64,000 nucleotides of DNA from Botryllus schlosseri (lineage: Eukaryota), in contig CM119380.1 of the NCBI GenBank assembly GCA_051294905.1, positions 23,064,001 to 23,128,000 of the forward strand, written 5' to 3'. Every line of letters begins with the position of its first letter. Position 1 is the stretch's first letter. The notes under the pieces are model-generated. The model was given only the letters and a program-made list of their open reading frames with translations. It made no database searches and was not told the origin of the DNA. This document shows, one piece after another, positions 26,701 to 41,700 of the stretch. A program made the position numbers and the translations under genes.

Positions 26701-29700
26701 TACAGTGCACACCCTTGTTATCACAATGTTGGCAAAGTCACGTTGAGAGACATCGCTTGATAGTTGTTACGCTTGATAGTATGAATTCAGACGATTTTGG
26801 AATCACCACCACTTACCGATGAACTATAGGACCCAAGCAGTCTGCTAGCCATGCATGCGATCTGCCCGGTAGCCTACTCGTTTTTCTTAGTGCTTAACAT
26901 AAATGTGGATCCTAAAACGTCAACTAATCCCCTTTCGTTGCAGAGGTATTCAGTAACAGAGGTGCTAGCGCAGAAGAAGAATACGACCCGTATACTTACT
27001 ACAAACCTGTTGATTCTGTTCCCGGAACGTAAGTCTTGCTGCAAGCTTCTGTACTATTATTGAAATAAAAACTTGTATTGCATGAAAACAACCTGAAGTC
27101 GGATTGCAAGTTGGTGGCATTCGAGTAATTGTTTGATTGGGGATTGGTCAAATCTCTGAAATAGGAATTTGGGGAGTTTTCAGTGACCTCAATTAATAGA
27201 TGTTGACGTAAATGTCGTTACCTTCTTGAACACAATATTGGATTTGGACTCTGGCCTTTTATAGGACAAGGCTAAATCTGATGTTTAAATAATGTTTACA
27301 TTTGCATTATGCTTGAAATGAAATAAATTTGGGGATTCAGGACTCTACCTATTTCTAGATATTGATACTGGTCAACATTTGTCATGTCTCTAGATCTTAG
27401 AGTTTTTCTTTTCCGCTCAGAGATATATTTGCCGTATCTAAAATACCACGTCAATAGTTGCAACGGTACTTTATTTGGTCCCAATCTTTAGATTCGTTTG
27501 CCCGATGCATCTGCGAACCTGAAAACATCTCGATATGCATTGTGTTGATGTTATGTCTATGACAGGGATAGGACTCTCGACGCTGTCGACAAATTCTTGT
27601 CTGGTCTGGAAGACGACGACAATCCAGAAAGCCAACAGAAGATAAATGACCTTCATGCACAGTTTATATCGAGTTACCACAACGTGAGATCATCGTTTTG
27701 CGTTCGCTTAAATTACTCGCTTTGCTTGTGTGGAAGGTGGCAGTTTGTGATGCGTGTACTGTGCAATTTAAGGCTCTGTAGTGTGCCGTGTGAAGATGTT
27801 TCAAATGCTGTGTCCGTAGCGGAGATGAGCATGGCTTTAGATTTGACTACACCTGATTTGGTGATTTTGACCGTCTTGGCGGTAATTATAGATTTGCAAA
27901 GGTATTCAAGCTGGGTTTGCATTCGGACATAGAATATTTATCTATTATTTTGGTGTGAACCGACTGAAGTTCTGGATATGAATTTCATTATGAATCTGTT
28001 TTCAATACATCACAACCGGTCCATGGCGCACTTTGTTTCTAAAAGTTTCAACCCTCATATTCTGGACTTGGCTGTGCCCCTGGCTGTACGTGAGTCGGAT
28101 TTTGCGCATTTGCGGCCTTGGTGTGATCTGTAAAATTATGTATTGTGGTCAAGGTATGTGGCGCGATATACATGGATTATATATAGATAGGATGCAACCT
28201 GATGGTATTTAGCCACTGTACACAATTGGTCGCACAGTTGAGGCCTATTCTTTAGTTACGTTGAATGATCACGGATTCGTTACTGGCTGTTGTTTGTAGT
28301 TTATTCTTTCTCGTCTTTTAGACTTTGAAGGAATCCGAACAAGCACTCGAGAAAGCGCAAAGAAAGCCCCAAAGAACACAGTCTATTCTACAGAAAATAA
28401 AGGTATCTTTCACTGAAATTTTTCACAGGCTTTCAGCAGTTCCATCAAACAGCTTGCTGTAAGGAGACAACACAGCATGACTGCATTGTCATGTACACGA
28501 CAGTGATTTGAGTCACTTCCTGTGTTCTCACGCTGAGGTCGCATAGACGTGTTGATTCTTTGAGCATCGTTTGCAGGCTCTCGGCCAGCTGACCGGCGAT
28601 GCGCTAGGCTTGGTTGCACTGCAAATTTCCTGTCTTAGAGCTATTGTTAAACGAGTTCCAGTCATGGTAACCAGTGTGTCGATCGGTACTGTGCTGCGTG
28701 CAAACGTGCCATGAGTTTTTTCAGATAGTCATGCCCTGCGCGCCGGCGCACTGCACGCGGGCTGCTAAAAATTTCACTGGCATAAGGGGTTGCATGAAAA
28801 AAACTCGCACACCGGATTTGACCCAATTCCAACCAGTAGCAATAGCTGCGGTCGACCATTTGGCTAGAGAATTTTGTGTCAGGGAATTGAAATTCAATTG
28901 AAAATCAATGAAGATTTCCTGAGTGAAGCCCAAATAAAAATAACGACAAAGTTATGCCGAGTATGGACAAAATATGCACTCGCTTAAGAAATATGGAAAA
29001 ATCTGAGAAATAACAACACCGTAGTTTTATCAGGCGTCATCACTCTTCGAATGAAGGACAATTCTGAGAAATAAGGAAATCACGGGAACCCTGCGAATAA
29101 AGTCATTAACACTGTAATGAAGTCATGATAGGTGGTACTCGGATACTCGACTCTGGTTGAAGCTCAATACGTGACTCGTAATCTGATTGCTAAGGCGATT
29201 TTTTTTACCTAAAATCAGAAAACTTTGACCTAAAAAATAAAAATTGTGACATTTTTTGATCTTCAAAAATTTAATTTTGTTAAAATTTTGCCCTTGTGCA
29301 TGAAAATTAGGGTTTTTTTCACATAATGGTAGAATTGTACTAGTTATCTTCATTTTTGGTTGGAACAATGGAACTGTCTGTCCTTCAGAAGTAGTTTGGC
29401 ATGGAAAAACCTTTTTGACTCAAAAACTGACAAATTTTTAACATTGAAAAATTTATTTTAACAAAATCTGGACCTACGAAGAATTCCAGTAGTTACATCA
29501 CGCATTATTGTAGAAATAACTAAAATTTGTTGTGTAGTACAACGACAGATACTTTCCTCCATTCTTGGTAGAAAGTGTCTGTCCTTACTGAGTAGCTTGC
29601 CAAGATTGGAGAAAGAACGTTCAACAGCAGCAGTCGTTGTGCGTATACTGCTGGTGACACGCCATGTTGCTTCATTATGACAATGTCGTCTACAGTACAC

Positions 29701-32700
29701 TTTTTCATCATGCGCTTTTTGATATAAGAACAAACGCCAACGCCGTCTTGCTTCAGTTAGGGTATTGCGGTACATTGAGCATAACACCATGTCAACCTAA
29801 TTGTTTCAATTGACCGTTTATGATTCACAATGAGCAGACAATCGGCCGTCTGCAACGGTAGGCCAGTAAAGTAGGTTACAAACTGTAAAATGTCAAATGA
29901 AAAGCTCACTGACAGTGCAAACATCTACGATATGAACGAAATGCAGGTTGCTAAAAACTTTTGACTTTGTTAACAATTTTCACCATTACAATTTTGACAA
30001 AATTTAAACTTTTTTGGGCAAGTGTAAAATATCGCCCCACTGATCACCCAGATAACCCGAGTTTGTCCGACCCTAGTCGGGAGTACACTGTTGGCTGTCA
30101 TATTAAACATATATAAATTAAGCTTCAGCCGTCTCTTCACGTCGGTTGTTCGAATTTTTATGCTGGTGACGTCATATTTGGTGATGATACTGTTGATATG
30201 CCAAGTTCTTCAGTTCACAATTGTCTACTAGTTGCTGACGATGACCTCAGGCTAGTGTGAACCGAAAATATTTTGGTTCATTTAAAAATGAATGGAATAT
30301 TCAATTGTAATGTCATGTTCTGTACCTCCAAGAATCTCTTTATGCAAAGGCTGCGTCTTGCTCTACACCTCATTTGAATTTTGTGTTTTTCCTTTGACAT
30401 AACGCCACTGTGTTCTACAGGATTCGACTTTGTCACATCTTCGACCCGACCCAGCTCCCATCCACCCGCCAAAGTCACCGCGCCGCCAGCAGCCAAATCG
30501 TTCGTCGCAGCCAACGGCGAGACACAGCGAATCGCCACAGACACGGCACGGTAACCTGTCCAGGAATCAAAGTACCAAGATCCACAGCAATCACACCAAG
30601 GTTTGTTTCGTCCCGGAATTGATGCGTATGTTTTTGCTCGCGTTGAAACAAAACGCATGTTTTTCCCCGGAAACTCGCTGTTTCGGCTTGTTTCAGAGGT
30701 GGGATATGAGATTCGATGATGGAATAGGTTAGGTCTCTCGAAAATTGATGAAAAATAGTGCTGTTCTTGCAAGGCAGTTGGTATTTATTTCAATGTTCCT
30801 TTCATGAATTATTGCGACGGTAATATTTCAAAGCTGCAAAATGTAACGTAGGACGGAGGTCACTTTTTCTGAGATTGGGCATTTTCAAATATGGTAACCC
30901 CTATAATTTTATGCATTTTCTAATTAGTACTAAAGTGATTTTGTTGTCTCGAGCAGTCCATTTTGAGCTAATTCAATGGCCTTTGAAGTAGCTTTTCCTT
31001 TTTTCAAATTTTATCCATCAGACCGCTCATAATCGGCATTGGCATTGGTGCTAATCAATTGGCATAACTTGGAACTCGCTACAAACTTGCGTTATTTCCT
31101 CCACTCAAGCAGCATCAATAATAATAATAATTTGTCCGGAATTTATATTCTCTAATAAGATTACTCTACACTTGCATAGACCACTGGCCCACTGTTAATC
31201 TTATGAAAAGCTTCTTGGAGGCACAGAACTTTGATATAATCTTGTCTCATATTTATTGCCACTGGATGGTGCTCTGACCATACCTTTACATGGCGTAATT
31301 CAGATGTGTGCTCCTGATCGAGTGCACATCAAAATATGATAACAGAATTGAACTGTGTCATGCTGGCGACCTTCTCGTTATTTGGCGTCAAACGCAGGTA
31401 TGAATGGGCAACTGCTCAAGCATGTTGGAATACATGTGGAACTGATTAGAAATTTCGGAAAAATATTGAGCGGTAAATAAATTTGTCTGAAGCACGTCGA
31501 TCAAGAACAATGTTCCATCCAAAATAAACCAATTGCTCGGTGATTAAACTAGTTGCGTGCCAACCGCTTGTTACCATGGGCCGCGAAAAAGGTCACACAG
31601 CAACCTGTTGGTAGCTCCAAAAGTTTTGGGAGCCATGGAAAAACTCACGACCGCGATCTCGTAAGTCGCCACGTTTGTTGGGATATTGGAGCATTTGGTT
31701 GTATTAAGGTAAGCATCGCCTTACTGGACGCTGGGCGGTGCGAAACCCTAGCGGTACAACCGATACTTCCAATCACTCTCACACCCAGGAAGAGTATGGC
31801 CTTTGGCCTTCATATTCCGACCCCGGGATCTGAGTCCGCTTGACGGGCCAGTATCCCAGGCACAAGTATGGTGGCGGCGGGACAAGCCTCCGCAGACGCC
31901 CCCAGCCAAAGCCTACTTGTGCCAGCCGTTTGCACCTAAAAGTGAAGAGAAACTTGAAGGTAAAAAGAAACGGAAGCAAACCCTGATGGGTGCTTTTGAG
32001 TCCTACGAATCTTAAGTGCCCTATTACGGGCGCTTGTGGCAATAGTGCCTTGGTGTAATGCCAAGTCGCTGTCACAAGCGTGACGGGGGGGGAGGTTTAC
32101 TGCGGTTCCTCCCGGTTACCCCTAAAAAAAAAAAAAAGTTTAGTAATTAGGTATTAATATTCACACTCTACTGCGTCTCTACTCTACTACATCTTCAAAA
32201 CGGAAGCCACTGAACCTGAACTGAAAGATGACACAAGGAAGCTAGCCTCTATCATATATATTCGACATTCGTGTATATTACAATAGCATTATATTATTCA
32301 ATTATATATTGAAGTTCAGTACCTCCTCTGGAGTCTCTTCAAGTATTCTTATTGGTTGCTGTATGTGTATGTGTATGCTATTGATATATACAGGCGACTA
32401 GGCATAAGTCGCACACCTGATAACTTAAAAACTGCTTTATTTGACCAAAATGCTCGGAAACGAAGCAAAAGTTAAATTCGGACAATTCTTGTCTCAATTC
32501 GGACGCAGGCTCGCAATTCCTGTCGTTAGGTTATGGCACAATAGATAGTACTGGGTTCGTTTTAACAGAGGGCGAATGATTATAGTGAAACAGTGACGAT
32601 AAGGAACTAATACAATGCCGTGCTGGCTTCATGGTCGCTATCAATTGGGCGCAATTGCCTGGATCTTGTAGAACAGAATGGTACAGAAAAGTTAAGCAGA

Positions 32701-35700
32701 AAGAATGAAATTGCACAATAAAGAAAAAGATGAAAAAGTGAAGACGATTCCTTGGTTGCTCGATGGTTTGTTGCGTCCGTAGAAGGGATAATAAAAAGTG
32801 CCATTTGAATCCTATTTGCGCGTGTAATACAGTATTTGTTGAATGGTTTGGTATCAAAAATACTGTAGCCTGCAATACCAGTAACCTGAAGGTATAACCA
32901 TAGACCATAGTGTCCTATATGGTGTGGAAACAAGCAAATCTCACGGCTCAGTGAAATTGGTCTCCGTCACACTTTCCATTTGCCTAAAGGCGAGATCGAA
33001 ATTTGATAAAACGGGTATCAATCGGAAGCTACCGCGGTACTGATTGCGAAAATGTAAATTTGATTCTGCTCGTGGTCCTGAAACCCCCCAAAATCAGCCT
33101 CGAATGTTGGGTTGTAATGGAGTTTGGTATTGTGACGCAACCATGCCGTCTGAGCAGCTCAGAAGCAAGTGCGCACGAGAGAGTGTGAATGCTCAATCGG
33201 TTGCGCAACAATGGTCAATACCCTTGCAGTTCCGCTCCTCACCTGCTCCCTAATTCGGTCGAAAGTGAGCGGAACCAAGATATACGAATTAAGCAGAGTG
33301 ACCGTATGCAAGTCTTTTTGTTGTGTGACATGTCAAAAACCTCTCCTCTCCCATCAAGTGTTGTCACACGTCACAGCTCCGAATCCTTTTCGCAGGATTC
33401 GTTGAGAAGAATTCAGAGTGAGAAGTTATCGGCGGAACAAGCCCGTTTGGCTAGAAACGTCAGGACCACGTCGCACGAATCACCGTATGCCGTTATCAAC
33501 AAGGGCATTGACCAGCACCCAGGAAGAAAAGGTAAGACTCGCGCGGCTGGAGTTTGAGAGAAAGCTTTGCGATGTGTTACGTGGCTTGGAACTGGCGTAG
33601 AGATACTAGCTCAGTTGTTGGTTAATTCAGTCGTTTCGATTGTGAACTCTTTGATAAACTTTGGTGAAACACACACCTACACTGGACTGGATCACAAATG
33701 AAGCCCATATCGAGCTGAATTGCCTGGCATCGCTCACTGATTAGCGCGGTTCACATATAATTGTATCGCAAATGATTATAACATGGTGTTCCAAGCAAGG
33801 CCTGTCACATTGAAGAAAAAGGCCCAAAGCGGTAAATTACAATATACTGTTAAGGACATGATTATTTGTCCGAATTGGACTGCTGTTTTTTTGCGTGTCT
33901 CACGTGCACCTTAATTATAAACAATTATCTCCACTCTATGTAGCATTTTCTGGCAGTGAAGGAAATGTATGAATTATAACATCAAAAAAGCAGTACATCT
34001 ATCGTTTATTGCTGCTCATTTTTGGGACAATTCGTGGTTCAGTGGGCGGGCAGGCATCCCCGTAATTTCGAGATTCGGTTATATGTCCGACTATTCTGTC
34101 GCTTTAAATCTGAGAAATTGCATTCAAAACTAGATGTGTTGTGTACCCAACTTGGAGCACATTTTCAGCGTAACATCAATTAGACAGGGGAACTGCTCGA
34201 TACTTAATAGCACCCAAAAGCATGGATGAGGGCCGGCAATCGGTATGCTCCGCTTATGCCTGCACATAACATATATATTATGGGTATGTCGTATTTTCGG
34301 GGCTTAAAAGGGTGGACGTACCAGTGAGGATGTGCCGTCGCCTTTTGCTGAGTACTAGAAAACATCTATTGTATGTGAATAGCGAATTGATGCTGTAAAT
34401 ATCGGGTTGAAGGCGAGGCATTCGGGTGCATTCGGTTCGGCGTTCTTCACTCCTTGATTACCAGTTGAATAATATGGAGACGAAGAATCGATTTTTTTGC
34501 TCGAATGTCCGTCGGGAATGGAACGCACCTCTCGGTTGGGTTGCGAATCATTAGGTTTACGATGGCATTGCAGAATATTTTGACTCGTAACTAGATATGA
34601 GACTGGAAAATAGAATTGGCTATCTCTCTTATCTACTTTGTGGCGGGTGTACAAAACACTCATATAACAGGTCTAGTTGGCCTACGAAATTCTGATGACT
34701 TACTATTTTAGCTGGTAGGTGTGGGGAATGGGCATTCGGCAAAGGCCGCACTAGTTTTCGGGGTCTTACGCGAAAGAGACGCTTCGTACTACGTGTCGGA
34801 CTATTTTGATATCAACTCGAGATAGAGGCGGTCACTAACGAAGTCCTGATACTTTTCCACAGTAAACAAGTATATATATATATTGCTTGATTGCGAAACT
34901 CGGTTAAGCAGTTATGTTTTAAACTACTTCCACTTTAACAGTTCATAGTCATTTCAATTCGATTTATTATTAACAATTTCATTATTTTAATACACCGCAA
35001 GACTGCGACACAGTGAAAAGGTAGGAAGGTGTCGTAACGGCTTGCAGTAGTCTTCGGAATCGGACACCCACCAGGCCTAGGCGATGTAAAAAGGTGGCGT
35101 GCACAATGAATGAAAAGTAAATGATTATATAATAAAAGAATAGGCGACAAAACAGGTGGCGTGTGTCGGAAGGGGAGCGCGTTAGGTCAGGTCGTGGTCC
35201 TGTAAACTTGAGGACGGACTGGTATTGATTCGGTAGCATTTGTTATTATTTCAACAAAGCATTGTTTTCGCTTTGGATTCGGAAAAGTAGAGAGTAGTTT
35301 TGGGGACAAGTTTGCGTCGCCGTCATGAGTGATATTATCATAAAAATTGGGGGCAATTAGCACCAGTATTACGGCAAACTATATAGATAGTGTCATCCGT
35401 CATTTGTTTCGGTCGCTATGATGCGTCTTGCGATTTCGATAGCAGCCGCCTACGTTTGACTGTAAAAGTATGCAATGCCTCTTCCAAATCTACTGATTGA
35501 AGCTACTTATTTGAATACTTTTCACGCCTTGCATTATTGTCTATTTTCACGTGAAGTAGTATTAACATGTCTGGGAAGTCGATACTTCTATTTGTAGTTG
35601 AGTAGAAAGGCGTGGCGTTGGCGTTACTTCTACTGGAGTAGCATTGCTGACCAGTGACCATCTATGGATAATAATAATAATCGGTGATATGATCTTGTAA

Positions 35701-38700
35701 TGCAGCGGGCTGCAGCTGCAATTTTCATATGTTCGATGTTCACTCGCGAGCCAGCGGTACTACAGGTATCCGCCACGCTACGCTGGGATATCAGTTTCAT
35801 CATCAATTACGCTTCTTAGAATTAATAAGCCCGCGACACCCGATAGCCAGCCCGGTATGTAGACTTTAAGGACACGCCGGTATCGAATTTCTCGTCGATG
35901 GCCCGGGTGAGATGTTTGCTTTGGCTGGCTTGAAGCCGTTTTTGCGAGATACCTTTTGTCGCGTGCATTCCGCTGATTCCCCGTCATATGTTAGGTAACA
36001 CTTTGGTGATACTTTCCGCGGACACTTGACGACTGTTGTGTGTCGAGTGGCGTATTGCCGCGGTCTTAGTAGTGAGGGTTTGTTAAACGGCACGCGCGTG
36101 GCGGTATTGTGAAACTTTTTTGGATTCTGCGCGCTTGCAGTCTTGCGGTGTCATTAAAAACAGATGCAATCGATTGTTTAATGGGGGTTTGTTGTGGATT
36201 TGAGATGTCGTCGGTTCGAGGGCGTGATGTACGAACGCTGTATCGCCGCGGAATGCGATTATCCGGCGTAATCCGCTTGCGTACGCGAGTGCTGTTGCGA
36301 CTATTTGGATTTATTTGTCCGTGACTTGGCACGGGAAAGCGCCGTAAAGTTTGATAACTTTCGGGACTCGCGGAGATGGTTGAATCTGAATACGCAAATG
36401 GTGGGGATTGTCCGTTGCTGTTATTTCCAGTATTGAACATGGAGTGTTGGCTGTAGCTGAGGTGTGGCAGCGATTGACGGTTTTGCGTGTTGTGTCTTTT
36501 CGAGTGGGCGTAATTCTGTGCAGAAATTTCATTCGGAGATATCAACTATTGTGATGGTATCTGTGTACAATTTTCCTTTTCCTTATTGTGATGGCATCGG
36601 CGTCATTGACTCTTTGTGATGGCGGATACGGCTTGAATGCGTCCGTAAGCGCTCGTATCCTGCTACTCGATAATTGAATATCTAATCAATGTGCATTACA
36701 ATTACAATCGATAATAATATTGAACTCCAAGTAGGAGGCATGCACAGTGCACACTGTATGAAAGAAGACAACATAAAAGTATAAGCAATGACAATGAAGT
36801 GTATTGTATCTGTAGGCGAAGTCGCAATGTCAGATCGTAGTCCGGTAATGTCTGGTGCTGATTTGATAATTTGGTGATACAGTTGCTGATATCCATTCTC
36901 TACCATTCGCTGTGGATTACCCACAGCGGGCAGCAGCCGAAAATTTTCGGGTTTATTTCAATATGAATGTATTGATCAATTGGCTAGTATTTGTAAACTA
37001 CCTCGTGTGCATGCTCGCCCTTGGCATCTTGAATAAACGATAAGCATCGGAATTATTCGCTATTTCAACACGAAATATTATTAAAACCTCGCGACGCCCA
37101 CATCTACGCCGGCAGTCGAGGCCGTAAAACTGTGTGTCTTGGCGTAATTTGTTTTGATTTCGCGAACAGCCCGGCATACGTCGGGAGATCTGAATAGATG
37201 GCTGCAATCGGACCCTTTTCGCACGTCCGAAAGCGCGCGGCTCTTTGAAACGCCGTCAAGCGAATTACAAGCATACCATTCAATTCGGCTTCTTGACATT
37301 TATGACGGCTGTCGATTTCGACTGGGGCCAGCCATTAAAGCGCAGAGTAGGCTCGCTTTTCAAGTCGCTTTTCCACGCAAGCCATGCGAATCCGAAGACA
37401 ACAAGGCGTGACGCGAAAGTAGTGGCTTGTTCCAGCCTGGGCAATGCGATCACTGTGACTTAAGAATTTCACGCGTACACATTTTTAATTGATTCTGTAC
37501 GTTGTCGGGATGGTGCTATTGTCAGGGCCCGTGATTGTGTACGCGCATAATATGCAAGCCTTACGTGTGCTAGGAATGTTGAATAATTGATTTGTTTTCG
37601 GGAATGTGTACACCGCGAAATGGTAACAGCAGGGAGTAAGCGCATTTCCCGAGGGAAAAATAGTCTGATGTAGATTCAAATAGAGACATTTGCCCTCTTG
37701 TTCGTAGAGTCGCGATGCATCGACCTGTGTGGTGTTGGTTCAGCGCGGGTCAAATGCGGGATTCGGATGCGGGCTGAGACTTGTGCGGGAATCACTAGCA
37801 GGCGTATCTGTGTTTCGTTACTATAATATCTGTATGCAGAGGATATATTCCAACGCGCTTGCGCGGAATGCGCTGCGTTGATAGGACTTCGATGTTTTCA
37901 ATCGCGGTGGCTTCCCGCAGGATTTGAGCAGAGGTCGGGAAATAAGTCACCAGGTTTCGGCTGATGTGCCTAAATCCAGTCTTAGTGAAATTCGACTGTT
38001 TTCCGAGGCAGGATCGTGTCAGTTAGCTGTAGGCAGGACAGTGTGAGAGGTTCGTAAAGTAAGTACACGGGGAACGCCGGTACGGCTAAGTAGACATCCC
38101 AGGACCCAAAATCGTTCATGCCAAGGCCTCGTTTCAGTTTGGGTTTCGGGTCACTGAATGTGTATTTACGAGGAGTTTATCGCCGAAGGTGGTCAAAGTA
38201 TCGAGTATCCATCGCAAGTTTGTACTTGCGTAGAAGTATAAGTGACTTCGCAACTTTTAAGTGGCGTAGTAAGCAGCACTAGCGATTTCCGAGTCAGTAA
38301 AAAGTATGTTTTCCTGGCCTAGTTTTGCCAAATTCATAGTTTATGTAGTGTTCGTGCCGTCATTTGAAAATGGCGACCCCTTATTCATTATCGCCCCCGG
38401 AAGAATATATGAAATAACGCCCTCTCCCCCCCCCCCGCGATGGCTGATTCACGGCCGTCGTATTTGATTATGTCCCCGGTAAACCCGCGTAAAATATCGG
38501 CGGTCGCGTTTGCCGTGCGGGGATTGCCGGACCGGGGAACTTGACACGGCCGTTTCCGGTCGTAAAGCCATCCGCGAGACGCTCGGATTGTTGTTTTGGT
38601 GTGAGTTAACGATGCGTATGTTCCGGCACGCGACACGCAAATTGCCCGTTCGCGAGGATATAGCTACTTCATTTGACTTGGTGACAATGGTGCGCGTAGA

Positions 38701-41700
38701 TCACGAAATGTGATTTCCACGTACGTGGGTTTGGGTGCTGGTATACGACCGATGGAGGTTTCAAGGCTTCCGCCGCGTAGGAAAAAATATATCGAAACTA
38801 GAATTTCTCGTTATTTGTAACTCTTAGTGGACGTGGGCGTGTAATTTCAGTACCCAAAAATGTAGTATGAAATAGGACCTGGGCGGGAATGGAACTGGCA
38901 AATAAGGACTCGATCTGGATTCGAGTATAGGAGTCATTGATCCGGCTATTTGCGAGCCGGTCGAGATCAACGCGCGCGAGGCATATCTGCGCGACACGCT
39001 GTAATCTGCAGATGTTCGCAGACTTCGGATATCCGCAATCTTGGCGCTGTTTGTTGGTAAATAGCTTTAAGCGAATCGCCGATGTCGTTGGAGCGCTGGT
39101 AGGCAAATATGTACGCGTCCGGTATCGCTTGTAACTGCACGGCACTTACATGATGTAGTAGGCGATAATCGAGTGGTGCGATAAGACAGGGCGCTGTTAC
39201 GTTGGGGAAATGTTTAGGTCCGCGTTAATCTCGGATTATCCACCGATGGTAGTTATGCGCGGGTCAGTGCCACCGTTTTGGTGAGATATGGCTCGTGAAA
39301 TTTTGCAGGAGCTGGTCTAGGCCGTGGGATGCGGTATCCTGAATGTTATTGCTGATTTTGCTTATTTAGTGGCAATGTTATGGAAGGCGCATCGCGTATT
39401 TGTTCACCTCTGACTGCGCCGAGCTATATGCGGATATACTTGTGTAGAATTTGTTTCTTTCCGAAACTATAGCGTTTGAATCGTTTCAACGTGCTGTGCC
39501 TTGAAAATGAATCCTCGATGCTGTTTTCATTGCTCGCCTCTGTCTGTATTGGGGATCTGCCAAAGTTTCATGGGCTTCCTCCAAGTGGTATTCACGCATA
39601 CCGTGGTACTTGACCGGATAAACATCTCAAAAACTGTGCTCGTTTCATCACCGTTCTCGTTACCCATAATTCTCCCCATGATGATGTCATCCGCATGCTT
39701 TTAACGCTGGCAATGTAAACCTGTCTGACGTTGACACGTTTTTATACACTTGCAGTTCTTGGCACGCTTCGCATGGAGTTGCCGAAGTTCGTTTTCGGAC
39801 ATTCATTCGTAACTGGCAACAGTCGCGCCAGAGCGCGTAAGCAGCGCATAGGTTACCACCTAGAAATCTGCTGTTAACAGCGGGATTAGCGGTTCGGAAT
39901 CGTAAAGGAAGTATACCGGTAGTCCGGTGCTGTCGGAGCTAATCGTTTCGCGCTCAGCAGAATTATGTTTTGTGTGGAGCGACTCGTATGTCGTGGTAGC
40001 GTAGTTTCAACTGAAGTGGTTATAATAACTCGCAATTACGTCGGGCCGCTGTGGCTTTGATCGCCCCTACACAGGAATATAGGCGGTTCGCAAAACTGCT
40101 AAATTGTGATAATCTGTTGTTTACAAGGACTCGCCACCAATAGGACGTGGTGAATGTAAACTCCGAGAATAATCCCGTATCCAATTAATCTGGATTGGAA
40201 GGCTTACGGGCTTATGGCCATCTGTTGACTTGTTGGTCATTTCGTCCAACTGCTGCCTGCGGTTTCCGAGGAACAATAATTTTGATGTTTATTTATCATA
40301 TAGTTTCGTAGTGATCGTATGCAAAGATGCTGCCAGTGTATTGACAGACATTCGTAGTTGACCTGCTGTCGACTCTTATTTTCACGAATTTTGAGTATCA
40401 AAGTAATATGCATTAAAACATCGCTGCACACGGCTTAAAACGTCTTTGATTACCTCGCGCTTCCGCTGTTCTGATGTCAAAAAGGCGTTGCATATTTGAC
40501 TATGAGTTTGTTCTGAAGTCGGTTGTTTCTTAGGGTGTGCGTCCAGTTGTATTGCGATTGCGATTGGTTCGATTTAACGCGGGATTGCCTTCAACTGTAG
40601 GCGGCATTGCTTCCTGTGTTGCGTTTTCATTGGCGCGCGCCCCCGCATCGCAGCGCCTATTATGGATAAAATTATGAGTTAGGTTTGGAAATCTGCTGAG
40701 GAGATCTAGGGGAGACTTTCGGTGGCTCTGCTGCAATGGGAAGTTTTCAGTTAGCTGGAAGGGATGATGTAATGGCGTGAGCTTGGTCGTTGCAGAACGA
40801 ATGTTATGTTTATCTGTAGCACGCTATGCCGAGGGCTTGTTTCCTCATTACACTGTCGGGACAATAGAACACTTGTAAGATGCATCCGACTTATGAATAG
40901 CAATAATCACGAGTTTAGCACAACCAGGACATGTCGTTTCTGTTTTTGGAGATCAAAATTGAGGAAAGATCATGGATGTCTTTGACTGGAAATGAATGGT
41001 GTGGTTGTGAGGAAATCGATCGAGTTTACATGGCATGGCGTCTTGGCAGCGTAAGCTGTAGTTCACAGACAGAGGTCATCATGGTTCAGTGGCATCAATG
41101 ATCGGCATTCACAGTTAAGTTTTCAAACGCCGCATACGGCAAACGCAACGAAGGTATATTGGGGGACTGAGGCACTGTCATAACTGTATTTAAACCAGTG
41201 ATTACGCGTGAATATATTGACGCTACGTGTCATGCAGTCGGACTAAATGATTACATTTCTAAACCGATGACCTTTATACAACGATGCAGACGATATGTTC
41301 GCTGAAAATGACATGACGTCCTGCATATCTGCATCTGGCGCTCTGTGTTGTGCGTGATTGGATAATGCCTGTTGTCACGTCTTCATTATGCATGAGCTTG
41401 AGCATTGAGCAATTATGTTTAAGCGTAGTATTGGAAGCGCCAAATATTCGAAGGTAATATAATCTTGTGGAAATAGGTCAGCGGTGCTGATGTCGCATGT
41501 CATTGCCCGTCTCTTGGCGACACCGCAAATCCCTTGTCAATTGTTGCATCACAGCCCTCGGACTACTTCTATGTATCTTTTTCGTCAAATAGAAGTAATT
41601 CCATTATCTCATGATATAGACCTGTTTTCGCTACCGCAAAAGTTCACATTCTCTCGGGAGTAAAATAACTTAGTTCTGTCGCATATCTGGGGTGATTCGT

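Noticed and set aside
31340-31397. IELCHAGDL resembling a kinase hinge, followed by a GT donor
   Set aside because: No other kinase motifs nearby; upstream of FERM and does not fit the exon phases; likely chance
32990-33034. Candidate exon ARSKFDKTGINRKLPR with good splice sites
   Set aside because: Could not be placed in phase with the neighbouring exons; may be alternative but is unsupported
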